A program made the position numbers and the translations under genes. A stretch of DNA of 64,000 bases from contig JAPDQV010000014.1 in assembly GCA_034505495.1 (NCBI GenBank), positions 4,967 to 68,966 on the forward strand. The letters run 5' to 3'. The stretch is from Candidatus Zhuqueibacterota bacterium. Its GTDB lineage: Bacteria; Zhuqueibacterota; Zhuqueibacteria; Residuimicrobiales; Krinioviventaceae. This document shows positions 16,457-25,672 of the stretch, one piece after another (the first letter of the stretch is position 1; each line of letters opens with the position of its first letter). The notes beneath the pieces are model-generated. The model had not been told where the DNA came from, searched no databases, and worked only from the letters and a program-made list of their open reading frames with translations.

Positions 16457-16962
16457 TTCTCCTCCATCTCTCTACAGGTTTAATGGTACATGTTGCTTGA
16501 CATGCCGATGCATCTTATTCTACAAGCATACCCCACCACCTCCCTTCCTGATAGAGCCGCTTTGCTCAAGTGTTCAAGAATTTTAAAAAATATTCATCTT
16601 AATGTCAAATGATATTTAACAGTCACAAAATCCGTAAAAAAATCGAAAGGAAAGCGGCCAAGGCGGATGCACATAAAGCCGGAATAGGTCAACCCCCTTG
16701 GTCAAAATTTGCGGAAAAAATATTAACCGGCAGGAGCAGGGGAGGATGAGGAAAGAAAACTTGCGGCAGACAAAAGCGGAATGGCATCGTGACGTCGCCC
16801 TCCGGCCGCTCCTGAACGCTTTATTCTAAACAAGCTCGGAGGGACGGAGATGGGCGTTAATAAAAAACGATCTGGTCTTTTTTATCGCTCCTGCCATTAC
16901 TGCCTATTGCTTTTGTCTGCCGCAATCAAAACGAGATGCGGTGTTCAGCCGCGCGATCTGAT

Positions 16963-19239
16963 TTAGCGAATCAGCACCAGTTTGGTTGTCAGCGACTGCT
17001 CGCCGGTTTCCAGGCGGCAAAAATAGGTGCCCGAGCATGTCGGAACGCCGTCTTGATCTTTGCCGTCCCAAACCATACGGAACTTGCCGGGACTGTTCGC
17101 TTTTGCGCTGAAGGTGCGAATGCGCCTGCCCTGAAGGTCAAACACGGAAAGCTCCACTTCGCCCGCTTTGGGTAAATCGTATTCGAGTATTGTGGATTGG
17201 TTGAACGGATTGGGAAATGCCTTCAGGCTGTACCGGCGCGGCAGAACGGGCTCGTTACGGTCCGAAACGCCGACGGTCGTATCGCCCTTGGCCTTGAAAA
17301 GGAACGACTGCAGCTGAAACAGCTTGCCGGCGCTGCTGCCGGTGAATTTGAGATAGAGATCATGGCGTCCTTGAGCGGCTTCGACCGGAGCCGTAAAGGT
17401 CTGAAAGGTTTTCCAGTCGCCGGTTGAGCTGATCCGGCACTCGCCGATCTTGCGGCCCGTTTCGAGCGAGTCGAGCCAGACCTCGACCGTGCCGCCGTCG
17501 CCGACGCAGGAGGCGACGATTTTGAGCGAATCGGGCTGCTTGGGATAGTCGGCGCCGCCGAATTCGACGCCGGCGTACATCGCCCAATCGCCGTTATGGA
17601 TGTTGTCCAAAAGATAGGACCCCTGGCGGGTGTAAAGCCGCGAGTTGCCCCACTGATTGGCATAACATTCCGCCCAGATCGGCGAGTAGGCATCGCGGTA
17701 GATGTAGAGATCGAAATCCGCCTGCCGGCCGATGACATAGAGTCCCTGCTTGTTGCCGGTAAAGGCGTTGTACTCCGGCTGCTGCACGTCCATGGTGGAG
17801 ACTTTGATCGGCGCGCCGATCTGCGTCCAATAAAAGCCGTCGGCGCTGTAAAATCCGGTAAGGTTGTGGTTGTAGCGATAGATCTTGAGCCAAACGGGAC
17901 TGCCGACGGTGTTTTCGACTTCATAGCGCGTCTTGTCGAACGTAAAGACGATGATCGGTTTTCGGGCGGCGTCGACCGTGCAAAAGAGCCGGGCGTTGAG
18001 ATTCTGCAGTCCGGTCATGATGCGGATGCCCGCCTCTTCGTTCGGCGCCTGCGGGGCAAAATCAACGCGGGTGATTAGGGCATAGTTGTGTTCGGCGTCG
18101 TTCTTGACGACGGTGTTGTGCTGATTTTTCGGTAAAAGGCGCAGCCAGCCGGGACGGTCGGTTAAGGAATAGTTCATCTGCGGGCAGTAGCCCAGGCGCC
18201 GCCACTCGGGATTCAGTTTTTCCGAATCAAAGAAATCGGATTTCGGCACCATCCAGGGAATGCCGCTCGACGGCAGGTCGGGGGCCTTCATCGGCTCGTT
18301 GATCGGAAAATCGGCGATCGGTTTGTCGTCTACATAGCGGACTTGGCTGAGCAGTCCTTGACGGCCGAGGCCGCGCCATTCCTCGGTGCCGAAGGAATGG
18401 TACATCACCCACCAGGTGCCGTCGTCCAGCTCGACGGCCGGCGAGCAGTGGTTGGGCAGATTGTAAAGCGAACCGCCCTTTTTGGGGTCATTCTCGTTGA
18501 AAAAGTTGCCGAGAAACTCCCAGGCACCCGGATCATCGGTCAAGGTGCGGCTGCGCATGACCCTTTGTGTGGCGTAAATATGGATGGCAAAAGAGTAATA
18601 GTACCAGCCGTTGCGCTTCCACATCACCGGTCCTTCGGCCCAGCTGTAGGGGTAGGTCGGCGCGGGGTTGATCCAGCAGAGATTGAGGATCACGCCGGTC
18701 GGCTGCGCGTCGTCGCCGAGCTGGACGATCCAGTTGTTGGACTGGCCGTTCTTGACCAACAGGTACCAGCTGTTGTCGTCGTCGATAAAAATCGAGTTGT
18801 CCATGCCGAGGCCGGGCACCTGCGGCGGACATTCGATTTCTTTCGGCTGACTCCACGGCCCTTCCGGTCTGTCGGCGGTGACAAAGTACATGCGCGCAGC
18901 GCGGCCGAAGAAATGCCAATATTTGCCGTTGCGAAAGACGAGGTGACCGCCCCAGATGCCGTCGGCAGGATTGGTGCCCCAAAGCGGCCAGGAGTTGTCC
19001 ACCGGATGCGAGATCGCCTCCCAATGCACCAAATCGGTCGAGTGATAGATGATCGGCGTGGTCGAAAAGGAGGAGCCGGTGGTGTAAAAGTCATTGCCGA
19101 CGCGGGTTAAGGTGCAGTCCGGGTGATCGCCGGGAATGATCGGGTTCATAAAAGTAAGAAAGGAGGGCGAACGCCCCAAAAGAGCGCTGCCGGTAATCGT
19201 GAGCAGGAGTAGCAATTGAAAAATGGATCGCTTCATCAT
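16963..19239 (-). CDS. GH43 glycoside hydrolase (beta-xylosidase/alpha-L-arabinofuranosidase type) + CBM6-like module + T9SS C-terminal sorting domain
   Basis: 758 aa with a signal peptide. NPIIPGDHPDCTLTRVGNDFYTTGSSF is the GH43 N-terminal signature. GDWAMYAGVEFG...GDWKTFQTF is CBM6-like. The C-terminus is FPNPFNQSTILEYDL...GTYFCRLETG. Confidence 0.85.
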   Translation of the reverse strand: MMKRSIFQLLLLLTITGSALLGRSPSFLTFMNPIIPGDHPDCTLTRVGNDFYTTGSSFSTTPIIYHSTDLVHWEAISHPVDNSWPLWGTNPADGIWGGHLVFRNGKYWHFFGRAARMYFVTADRPEGPWSQPKEIECPPQVPGLGMDNSIFIDDDNSWYLLVKNGQSNNWIVQLGDDAQPTGVILNLCWINPAPTYPYSWAEGPVMWKRNGWYYYSFAIHIYATQRVMRSRTLTDDPGAWEFLGNFFNENDPKKGGSLYNLPNHCSPAVELDDGTWWVMYHSFGTEEWRGLGRQGLLSQVRYVDDKPIADFPINEPMKAPDLPSSGIPWMVPKSDFFDSEKLNPEWRRLGYCPQMNYSLTDRPGWLRLLPKNQHNTVVKNDAEHNYALITRVDFAPQAPNEEAGIRIMTGLQNLNARLFCTVDAARKPIIVFTFDKTRYEVENTVGSPVWLKIYRYNHNLTGFYSADGFYWTQIGAPIKVSTMDVQQPEYNAFTGNKQGLYVIGRQADFDLYIYRDAYSPIWAECYANQWGNSRLYTRQGSYLLDNIHNGDWAMYAGVEFGGADYPKQPDSLKIVASCVGDGGTVEVWLDSLETGRKIGECRISSTGDWKTFQTFTAPVEAAQGRHDLYLKFTGSSAGKLFQLQSFLFKAKGDTTVGVSDRNEPVLPRRYSLKAFPNPFNQSTILEYDLPKAGEVELSVFDLQGRRIRTFSAKANSPGKFRMVWDGKDQDGVPTCSGTYFCRLETGEQSLTTKLVLIR

Positions 19240-19451
19240 ACTTTCTTTCCTCGATGCTGGTTAATCTTTGGGATGTTGCCAACTTAACTTTTCGGTGTCG
19301 ATAAATTAAGAAAAACCGCATCAAAATCAAGGAAAGAAAGGGTCTTGGTCAGGGGTGTGAAAACAGCTCGTCCGAATAACAAAAGGCGACATTACGCGGG
19401 CTTGCTATGGGGGCAGAACATCCCCCGCTTTAACCCGTTGCGCTGCTCAAT

Positions 19452-19619
19452 CTATTTTTTCCTCAACATCCAGATCGGAGATGAGGCAAACCAGAGCAGC
19501 ATTCCAAAGAGCATGAGGCGGTAATGTTCCTCCAAGGGAATCCTATTGGTAAAGACCAGGACGGCGGGGATGAGGGTCAGCAACAGTCCGATCAGGGAAA
19601 TGATTTTGGCAATCCACAT
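19452..19619 (-). CDS. Small (55 aa) two-TM membrane protein translationally coupled to the upstream transporter
   Basis: MWIAKIISLIGLLLTLIPAVLVFTNRIPLEEHYRLMLFGMLLWFASSPIWMLRKK. Its ATG overlaps the transporter stop (ATGA at 19619..19622 region). Only the last 55 codons of the 298-aa track ORF are plausible. Confidence 0.5.
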   Translation of the reverse strand: MWIAKIISLIGLLLTLIPAVLVFTNRIPLEEHYRLMLFGMLLWFASSPIWMLRKK

Positions 19620-21001
19620 CACTGTCTGCCTCCTTTCCGAATGACTTTTTGTTCGAGCGCACTTGCAGCGACAAAGATCAGGACGGCCATGAACCACCCG
19701 GGCAGCGCTTTGAAATAGATTTCCAGCGGCGTCAAGAAGGCAAAAATTAAAGTGACCAGCCAGGCGGCGGCAGCCGGCCAACTGAAAAGCAGGCGCCTTT
19801 TCTCTGCAAAGTTGCTTTCCAGTCCCAACCGCGGCAGCAGCCAAAAGTCGGCGAAAATGACGGCGCCCATGGGCATGAGCATAAGGCCGTAAAAGGCGAC
19901 AAAGTCGAGCAGCTTCATCATAATCGCCGGAAAGAGGGCGGCGATGGTTGTGATCATGCCCACGGCCAAGGTCATTTTCCAGCGGCTCCAGTTGGGGGTA
20001 ACGGTCTGCAGGGCCAAACCGGCGCGGTAGATGGTCGGATTGGCGGTGGTCCAACTGGCGATCACCACGCAGACGGCGCCGGCCGCTCCGGCGCCCAGGT
20101 AGGCAATCGGTCCGGGAGCCACATTGCCCATGGCCGCGGCGCACAGAATTCCGGAGGCAATCCAGGCGATATAGTGACCGAGGTACATGCCGAAGGCGCT
20201 GAAAAAGCCGTACTGCCACTTGGGCGCATAGCGCAGAATCGACATATCGGCCATACCGATATGCATGGCCAAATTGGCGAACCAGGCGAAAAAGATGACG
20301 TGCCAAATCGTGAACTGCGACTGCCCTTCCACCGCTTGGCCGGTCCATATTTTTTCATTGGCGACGCGCCAAAAGTCGCCCAAAGAGTGCACGCCAAGCA
20401 TGGGCAGGACGGCGATCGCCGCCGAAACAAAGACCAAAAACATCCACGGCGCGGCGATTTGACCGACATTGGAAATCTTTTCGAATCCCAAAATGGCCAG
20501 CAGAGTGACCACGGCGCCCACACCCAGCACGACAAGCACCCATTGCAGACTATTGGGGTACATGTCGTTCAAGGTCGGCATGGTCATGTGGAAAGGAATG
20601 CCGACCGCCGTTGCGGCCACGGAAATCATCGATCCGGCCAGGAAGCAGAACATGACGGCGTTGACAATGTTGTAGAAAAAAGTGACTCCCGGCCCGGCGA
20701 TCTTGCGCGCCTGCCAATACATATTGAGCCGCGTCTTGACGGCAATGGGGGCGCAGACGAAAGCCCAGCTGAGTACCGCAAGCAGGTTTCCGATCAGCAG
20801 CCCCACGAACAGATCGAACGCCGTGACGCCGTGGGCGACAAACAACGGGCCGATGACGAATTCGGTGCCGGCGACATGCTCACCGGCATACAAGCCCATG
20901 AAATTGGCCGCCTTTTTCAGTTGGTGCGGCGCAACCGGTTCGCGATCGAATTCATACAATGCATCCAACCGCTCGGCCAAGGATCTCTTTTCCGTCGCCA
21001 T
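19619..21001 (-). CDS. Multi-pass membrane transporter, NCS1/purine-cytosine permease-like superfamily (substrate unknown, sugar-locus context)
   Basis: Start trimmed to MATEKRSLAERLDALYEF (ATG at complement 20999..21001). The protein has ~12 hydrophobic segments and the motif GLYAGEHVAGTEFVIGPLF. Family assignment is from memory only. Confidence 0.5.
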   Translation of the reverse strand: MATEKRSLAERLDALYEFDREPVAPHQLKKAANFMGLYAGEHVAGTEFVIGPLFVAHGVTAFDLFVGLLIGNLLAVLSWAFVCAPIAVKTRLNMYWQARKIAGPGVTFFYNIVNAVMFCFLAGSMISVAATAVGIPFHMTMPTLNDMYPNSLQWVLVVLGVGAVVTLLAILGFEKISNVGQIAAPWMFLVFVSAAIAVLPMLGVHSLGDFWRVANEKIWTGQAVEGQSQFTIWHVIFFAWFANLAMHIGMADMSILRYAPKWQYGFFSAFGMYLGHYIAWIASGILCAAAMGNVAPGPIAYLGAGAAGAVCVVIASWTTANPTIYRAGLALQTVTPNWSRWKMTLAVGMITTIAALFPAIMMKLLDFVAFYGLMLMPMGAVIFADFWLLPRLGLESNFAEKRRLLFSWPAAAAWLVTLIFAFLTPLEIYFKALPGWFMAVLIFVAASALEQKVIRKGGRQ

Positions 21002-21119
21002 ACGCACTCTCCTGTTGAGTTCTCTCTCGATTGCAAAGCCATCGATCTGCGCTGCCGCGCCGAAACGGCCGCGATGTTCGGCTTTGGGTCGAAACGGCCG
21101 CGGCGGAAGCAGCGCCGGT

Positions 21120-22346
21120 TCAGCGCCTTTCCCCCTCGATTTTCTGCTGATAACGGCTGCGCCGGTATTCTTCGACCGGATCGATCGGCAGCAGCTTTTC
21201 CAGGCGCGCCGCCGCAACGATCGGCCGCACGTCGGCCTGCAGCAGGGCGCGGTTCAAGATGCGGTTGGCCGCGATAATCTCATCGGCATCTTGAGCTTGT
21301 TTGAGCTCCCCTTCCGGAACAAGCATGGCGCGGGCCAAGCACTGCTGCAGCGAATCGATCGAATGCAGCACGGCGTGAATCCGATTCTCGCGGCTGCTGC
21401 ACTGATCGATCATATAGGCCCAGTTCTTGTCGCTTTTTTCATTTGCCACTACGCGTCCGGAAACCAGTTCGTAAAAAATGCGCGCCATTTCCGCATTGGG
21501 TTCCACGGCGTGGTCGTCGTCGGCAGCGTATCGGCTGTTGAAATGAAAGCCGCAGCGCATGTTTTCGGCAATGAGTCGCGCCACTATCTGCTCGATGTTG
21601 GCGCCGTGAAAATGATGGCCCAAATCGACCAGAACGCCGGTGTTTCCTCCAAGGGCTTTGGCAAGGGCAAATGCCGTTCCCCAATCGGGAATGGTGGTGC
21701 TGTAGGTGCCGGGTTCAAAGACCTTGTACTCGATGAGCATCCAAACGTCGGTGCCGGCGGCTTGGCGGATGTGCAAAAGACTCTCTTTTGCCAGCTCATA
21801 GTTGCGGCGCAGGGAAATCTGCCCCGGATAAGAAGAGCCGTCCGGCAGCCAAATCGTCACCAGTTTGCTGCCCAGGTCCTGGGCAATGCGACATGCCAGA
21901 AGGCTTTGTTCGATATAGCGCTCGCGCGTCTGCTTTTCTTCGGCGGAAAGCGAATTGCGGTGCGAGCCGCGCAAAAAGTAGGTCGGACTGATGGAGCCAA
22001 TTTTGAGCTCTCGTTCTGCAGCCAGTTTGTGCGCCTCGACCGCTTTTTCCCACGAAGCGACGCCGCTTTCCTCGGCAAAGTCCCAAAGCACGTGCATCGC
22101 AACGGCTTCAACGGCACCGGTCAGACGGCGTACCACCGCCGCATCGTCCAATTTTTCGGCCAGGTTGCGCGCCGCCCCGGGCGGCGTATAGTCGCCGAAT
22201 CGCCCGCCGCCGAAGCGTCCGAACACCCAACTCGGCACCTCCACGGTAAAGCGCTTGACCGCCTCGACGGCGCCTCGTACCCTTGCGGCGCCGAACTCCA
22301 GTTCCAGAGCCGACAAACCCCATTTCACCTGTTCTTCCGTCATCAT
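21120..22346 (-). CDS. Xylose-isomerase-like TIM-barrel sugar isomerase, L-rhamnose isomerase (RhaI, P. stutzeri/rhizobial type)-like
   Basis: 408 aa. Motifs: VPSWVFGRFGGGRF, LVTIWLPDGSSYPGQ, MLIEYKVFEP, VLVDLGHHFHGANIEQIVA, HFNSRYAADDDH. Confidence 0.65.
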   Translation of the reverse strand: MMTEEQVKWGLSALELEFGAARVRGAVEAVKRFTVEVPSWVFGRFGGGRFGDYTPPGAARNLAEKLDDAAVVRRLTGAVEAVAMHVLWDFAEESGVASWEKAVEAHKLAAERELKIGSISPTYFLRGSHRNSLSAEEKQTRERYIEQSLLACRIAQDLGSKLVTIWLPDGSSYPGQISLRRNYELAKESLLHIRQAAGTDVWMLIEYKVFEPGTYSTTIPDWGTAFALAKALGGNTGVLVDLGHHFHGANIEQIVARLIAENMRCGFHFNSRYAADDDHAVEPNAEMARIFYELVSGRVVANEKSDKNWAYMIDQCSSRENRIHAVLHSIDSLQQCLARAMLVPEGELKQAQDADEIIAANRILNRALLQADVRPIVAAARLEKLLPIDPVEEYRRSRYQQKIEGERR

Positions 22347-22463
22347 TACGTTATCTCCATTCGTGATTCATAAGCTGCGCCGCAAAAGGCTTGGCAAAAA
22401 TTCGTCTTGAAAGCTGTTCAATAAGCTGCTCGTATTCCCCCCAATTTTATCCGACCGCTTGGC

Positions 22464-23516
22464 TCAAGGCCGTTCGAGATCGTACTCGGCGCCGATTTCG
22501 TGATACAATAGATCGGCCGGGATGATGCGGTGCTCGGGCGGGGTTTCGCTCTGTGCGCTAATCCGCTGCAGCAGCATGTCGACGGCTTGTCGACCCATTT
22601 TGTAGGGGTGCTGATAGACGGTCAGAAATGGCACGCCCAGCCGCGCCACGATGTCGTTGTCGCCGAATTCGGCGAGCAGAACATCATCCGGAATGCGTTT
22701 GCCGCTGCGCAGAAGCGCACGTCCCGCACCGAACGCCACCAGACCGCCGATGCTGACCACGGCGTCCACCTTGACCCTGCGCTGCAGCAGATCGATCATT
22801 CCGCGCTCGGCATCGTCGACATCGACCTGGCAGCGGACGACCAGATTTTCGTCGAAAGGCAGGCCGACTTCGGCCAATCCCTGACGGTATCCCTCGAAAC
22901 GTCGACGAGCGACATAAAGATTTTCCGTGGGACCGAAATAGGCGATCTGCCGCTTGCCGGCGGCATAAATGCGGTGCACCACCTTTCTGCTTGCCTCTGC
23001 GTCGTCGATAGTCACGGCGTCGACGGTCAGCCCGTCGATCAGGCGGTCGTAAGCGACGATCGGAATGCCTCGGTCGCGCATGCGGCGCAATAGAACCGTG
23101 TTGCTTTCTCCAGGCACCGCGTCGATGAGGATGCCGTCGACCAGCAGCGAGGACAAGAACTGCAGGCTCCTTCGTTCCAGCTCCGCCTGCTCGTCGCTGA
23201 CCATAATGATCGCCTCGTAGCCGCGTTCACGCGCTCGCTCATAGATTCCGCGGGTCACCTCGGAAAAGAACGAAATGCGCAGATTCGGCACCACCACGCC
23301 GATCATAAGAGACTGCTGTTTGACCAAACTTCGCGCCAGCAGGTTCGGCTGATAACCGACCTCTTCGGCAAGTTCTTTGACCCGCCGGCGCATTTCCAAG
23401 GAAATGTCGTCGGCGTCGCGCAGAGCTTTGGAGATCGTCGCGGGCGTAACGTTCAGCAAGGCGGCCAAATCGCGCAGAGTTACGCGCTTTCGTTTCGGCA
23501 TCATTTCCTCCTGCAT
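22464..23516 (-). CDS. LacI-family transcriptional regulator
   Basis: 350 aa. The N-terminal HTH is VTLRDLAALLNVTPATISKALRD, followed by a periplasmic-binding-protein-like sugar-binding core. Confidence 0.9.
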   Translation of the reverse strand: MQEEMMPKRKRVTLRDLAALLNVTPATISKALRDADDISLEMRRRVKELAEEVGYQPNLLARSLVKQQSLMIGVVVPNLRISFFSEVTRGIYERARERGYEAIIMVSDEQAELERRSLQFLSSLLVDGILIDAVPGESNTVLLRRMRDRGIPIVAYDRLIDGLTVDAVTIDDAEASRKVVHRIYAAGKRQIAYFGPTENLYVARRRFEGYRQGLAEVGLPFDENLVVRCQVDVDDAERGMIDLLQRRVKVDAVVSIGGLVAFGAGRALLRSGKRIPDDVLLAEFGDNDIVARLGVPFLTVYQHPYKMGRQAVDMLLQRISAQSETPPEHRIIPADLLYHEIGAEYDLERP

Positions 23517-23720
23517 GAGCGTTCGCTGGTCGGCGGGCCTGCGCCGCGGGCGAACGCGTTTTCTAAATCGATTAAGAGCAAATTAATATGCGGAATTTTT
23601 GTAGTCAAGCGGTTTTTCGAAAAATATCGACAAATAATCGCTTAAAAAAACGCAGAATGGGACAAAGAGTTTTGGTGTGGAATGGAAAAATGCGGCGGTA
23701 AAAAAGGAGAGGGGTGGCGC

Positions 23721-24089
23721 TCAGCGGATCTCTTTGCCGAAAGGAGTCAGAGCCAAAGTCGCCAATTTGGCGTGCTGCTTGGCAAAAGGAAGGCCGATAA
23801 TCGTCACGGCCAGCAGCAGGGCAAAGATGAGATGCGTCAGGGCGATCCAAATTCCCCCGATGAACAGCCAGATGATATTGAACAGGGTGCCCAAGCAGCC
23901 GGACGAGGTCGGCTTGGAGACGATCTCGCGGCCAAAGGGAAACAGCGCCAACAGCGCCAGCTTGAAGCACTGCAGACCAAAGGGAATGCCGATGATGGTC
24001 AGGCAGATCAGGACTCCGCCGACGAGGTATTCGAGGGCGATGATGAACCCGCCGAGCAAAATCCACAATAAATTTCCTAGAAAACTCAT
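23721..24089 (-). CDS. yccF: YccF-family inner membrane protein (DUF307)
   Basis: 122 aa with an internally duplicated pattern: NLLWILLGGF...IIGIPFGLQCFKLALLALFPFGREI and NIIWLFIGGIW...IIGLPFAKQHAKLATLALTPFGKEI. Confidence 0.8.
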   Translation of the reverse strand: MSFLGNLLWILLGGFIIALEYLVGGVLICLTIIGIPFGLQCFKLALLALFPFGREIVSKPTSSGCLGTLFNIIWLFIGGIWIALTHLIFALLLAVTIIGLPFAKQHAKLATLALTPFGKEIR

Positions 24090-24190
24090 GGCCGCCTCCT
24101 CATTAAAAGGTCGATTTGTTTACGGCTCTTTTGCCGTCGGGTTTCATCGGCTTCGGCGTTCGCCGGCATGCTGCCGATGCAGGGTTCTGC

Positions 24191-25672
24191 TCAGCGCTCC
24201 GCCAACATTTTGTTGATGGCCGCGGCCGCGCGTCGGCCTTCGCCCATTGCCAATATGACCGTTGCCGAGCCGCGCACAATGTCGCCGCCGGCATAAACGC
24301 GATCCATCGAGGTCTTGCCGTTTTCGTCCACCAAAATGTGCCCGTGACGGTCCGTCGCCAATCCTTCGCAGGTCTGTCGGATCAGCGGATTGGCCTCGTT
24401 GCCGATGGCGACGATCACGGTATCGAACTCCATGAGGCTCTCGCTGTTTGGGATCTCCACCGGACGACGTCGCCCCGATTCATCCGGTTCTCCCAGCTCG
24501 TAAGAGATCGTCTCGACGGCGCGTACCCGTCCCTGTTTGTCGCCCAAAATGCGCTTGGCGTTGCGCAGAAAATGAAAAATGATCCCTTCTTCCTTGGCAT
24601 GATGCACTTCCTCGACCCGCGCCGGCATCTCTTTTTCGGTGCGGCGGTAGATGACATGCACCTCTTCCGCGCCGATGCGCAGCGCCATGCGCGCCGCATC
24701 CATGGCTACATTGCCGCCGCCGAGCACGGCTACCTTTTTCGAACGGTAAATGGGCGTGTTGGCTTTGTCGACGGCATAGGCCTTCATCAAATTGGCGCGC
24801 GTCAGATACTCGTTGGCGGAAAAGACGCCCACCAGATTTTCGCCTTCGATGCCCATAAATTTAGGCAGACCGGCGCCGGCGCCGATGAATACGGCGTCAA
24901 AACCGTCCTTTTCCAAAAGGTCCTGCAGTTTGCGCGTGCGGCCGACGAGAAAGTTATAGTTGATCACCACGCCCATGCGCAAAAGGGTGTTGACCTCGAT
25001 CTCGACGATGCGCTTGGGAAGACGAAACTCCGGAATGCCGTAGATCATCACGCCGCCCGGTTTGTGAAAGGCTTCAAAGATGACTACATCGTGGCCCGCC
25101 TTGCGCAGGTCGGCGGCGGCGGAAATCCCGGCAGGCCCGCTGCCGATCACCGCAACCCGTTTGCCGGTCGGCGGCTGTATCGCAGGCAGCGAGATATGCC
25201 CCGATGCCTGTTCGCGATCGGCGACAAACCGTTCTAATCGGCCGATTGAAACCGCTTTGTCGATGCTCTTTAGGCTTTTGCCGACCGTGCACTGTTCCTG
25301 GCACTGGTTCTCCTGCGGGCAGACGCGGCCGCAGATGGCCGGCAAAAGGCTCGCCTCCTTGATGATGGCGATCGACTTTTGATAGTCGCGGTCGACGATC
25401 GCTTGGATGAAAGCGGGAATGTTGATGCGCACCGGACAACCTTCGACGCACGGCGCGTTTTTGCATTGCAGGCAGCGCATGGCTTCGACGATCGCCTGCT
25501 CTTCGAAATAGCCCAGTGCGACCTCGTTTTGATTGCGAATGCGCTCCGCCGGTGGTTGTTCCGGCATAGGCTGCGGCGGAATGGCGAGCCTCTCCTTGGG
25601 CCGCAGCTGCTTACCGTCCAGTTCCTGCAGCAGAGCGGCTGCTTCGCGTTGCAGTTGTTCAGGTGTTTTCAT
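24191..25672 (-). CDS. nfnB: GltD-like NADPH-dependent oxidoreductase large subunit (NfnB/SudA type; glutamate synthase small-chain family)
   Basis: 493 aa. Motifs: CLQCKNAPCVEGCPVRINIPAFI, VAVIGSGPAGISAAADL, GGVMIYGIPEFRLPK, VAVLGGGNVAMDAAR. It overlaps the upstream PyrK-like subunit gene by 14 nt. Confidence 0.8.
   Translation of the reverse strand: MKTPEQLQREAAALLQELDGKQLRPKERLAIPPQPMPEQPPAERIRNQNEVALGYFEEQAIVEAMRCLQCKNAPCVEGCPVRINIPAFIQAIVDRDYQKSIAIIKEASLLPAICGRVCPQENQCQEQCTVGKSLKSIDKAVSIGRLERFVADREQASGHISLPAIQPPTGKRVAVIGSGPAGISAAADLRKAGHDVVIFEAFHKPGGVMIYGIPEFRLPKRIVEIEVNTLLRMGVVINYNFLVGRTRKLQDLLEKDGFDAVFIGAGAGLPKFMGIEGENLVGVFSANEYLTRANLMKAYAVDKANTPIYRSKKVAVLGGGNVAMDAARMALRIGAEEVHVIYRRTEKEMPARVEEVHHAKEEGIIFHFLRNAKRILGDKQGRVRAVETISYELGEPDESGRRRPVEIPNSESLMEFDTVIVAIGNEANPLIRQTCEGLATDRHGHILVDENGKTSMDRVYAGGDIVRGSATVILAMGEGRRAAAAINKMLAER

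Noticed and set aside
19620-20348. Upstream 243 codons of the 298-aa minus-strand ORF 19452..20348
   Set aside because: They overlap the permease in another frame and are Arg/Gly/Pro-rich. Only the terminal 55 codons, which begin with an ATG coupled to the permease stop, look like a real membrane micro-protein.
20174-22373. 367-aa and 563-aa plus-strand ORFs
   Set aside because: They are antisense shadows of the permease and RhaI-like isomerase genes, with no motifs.
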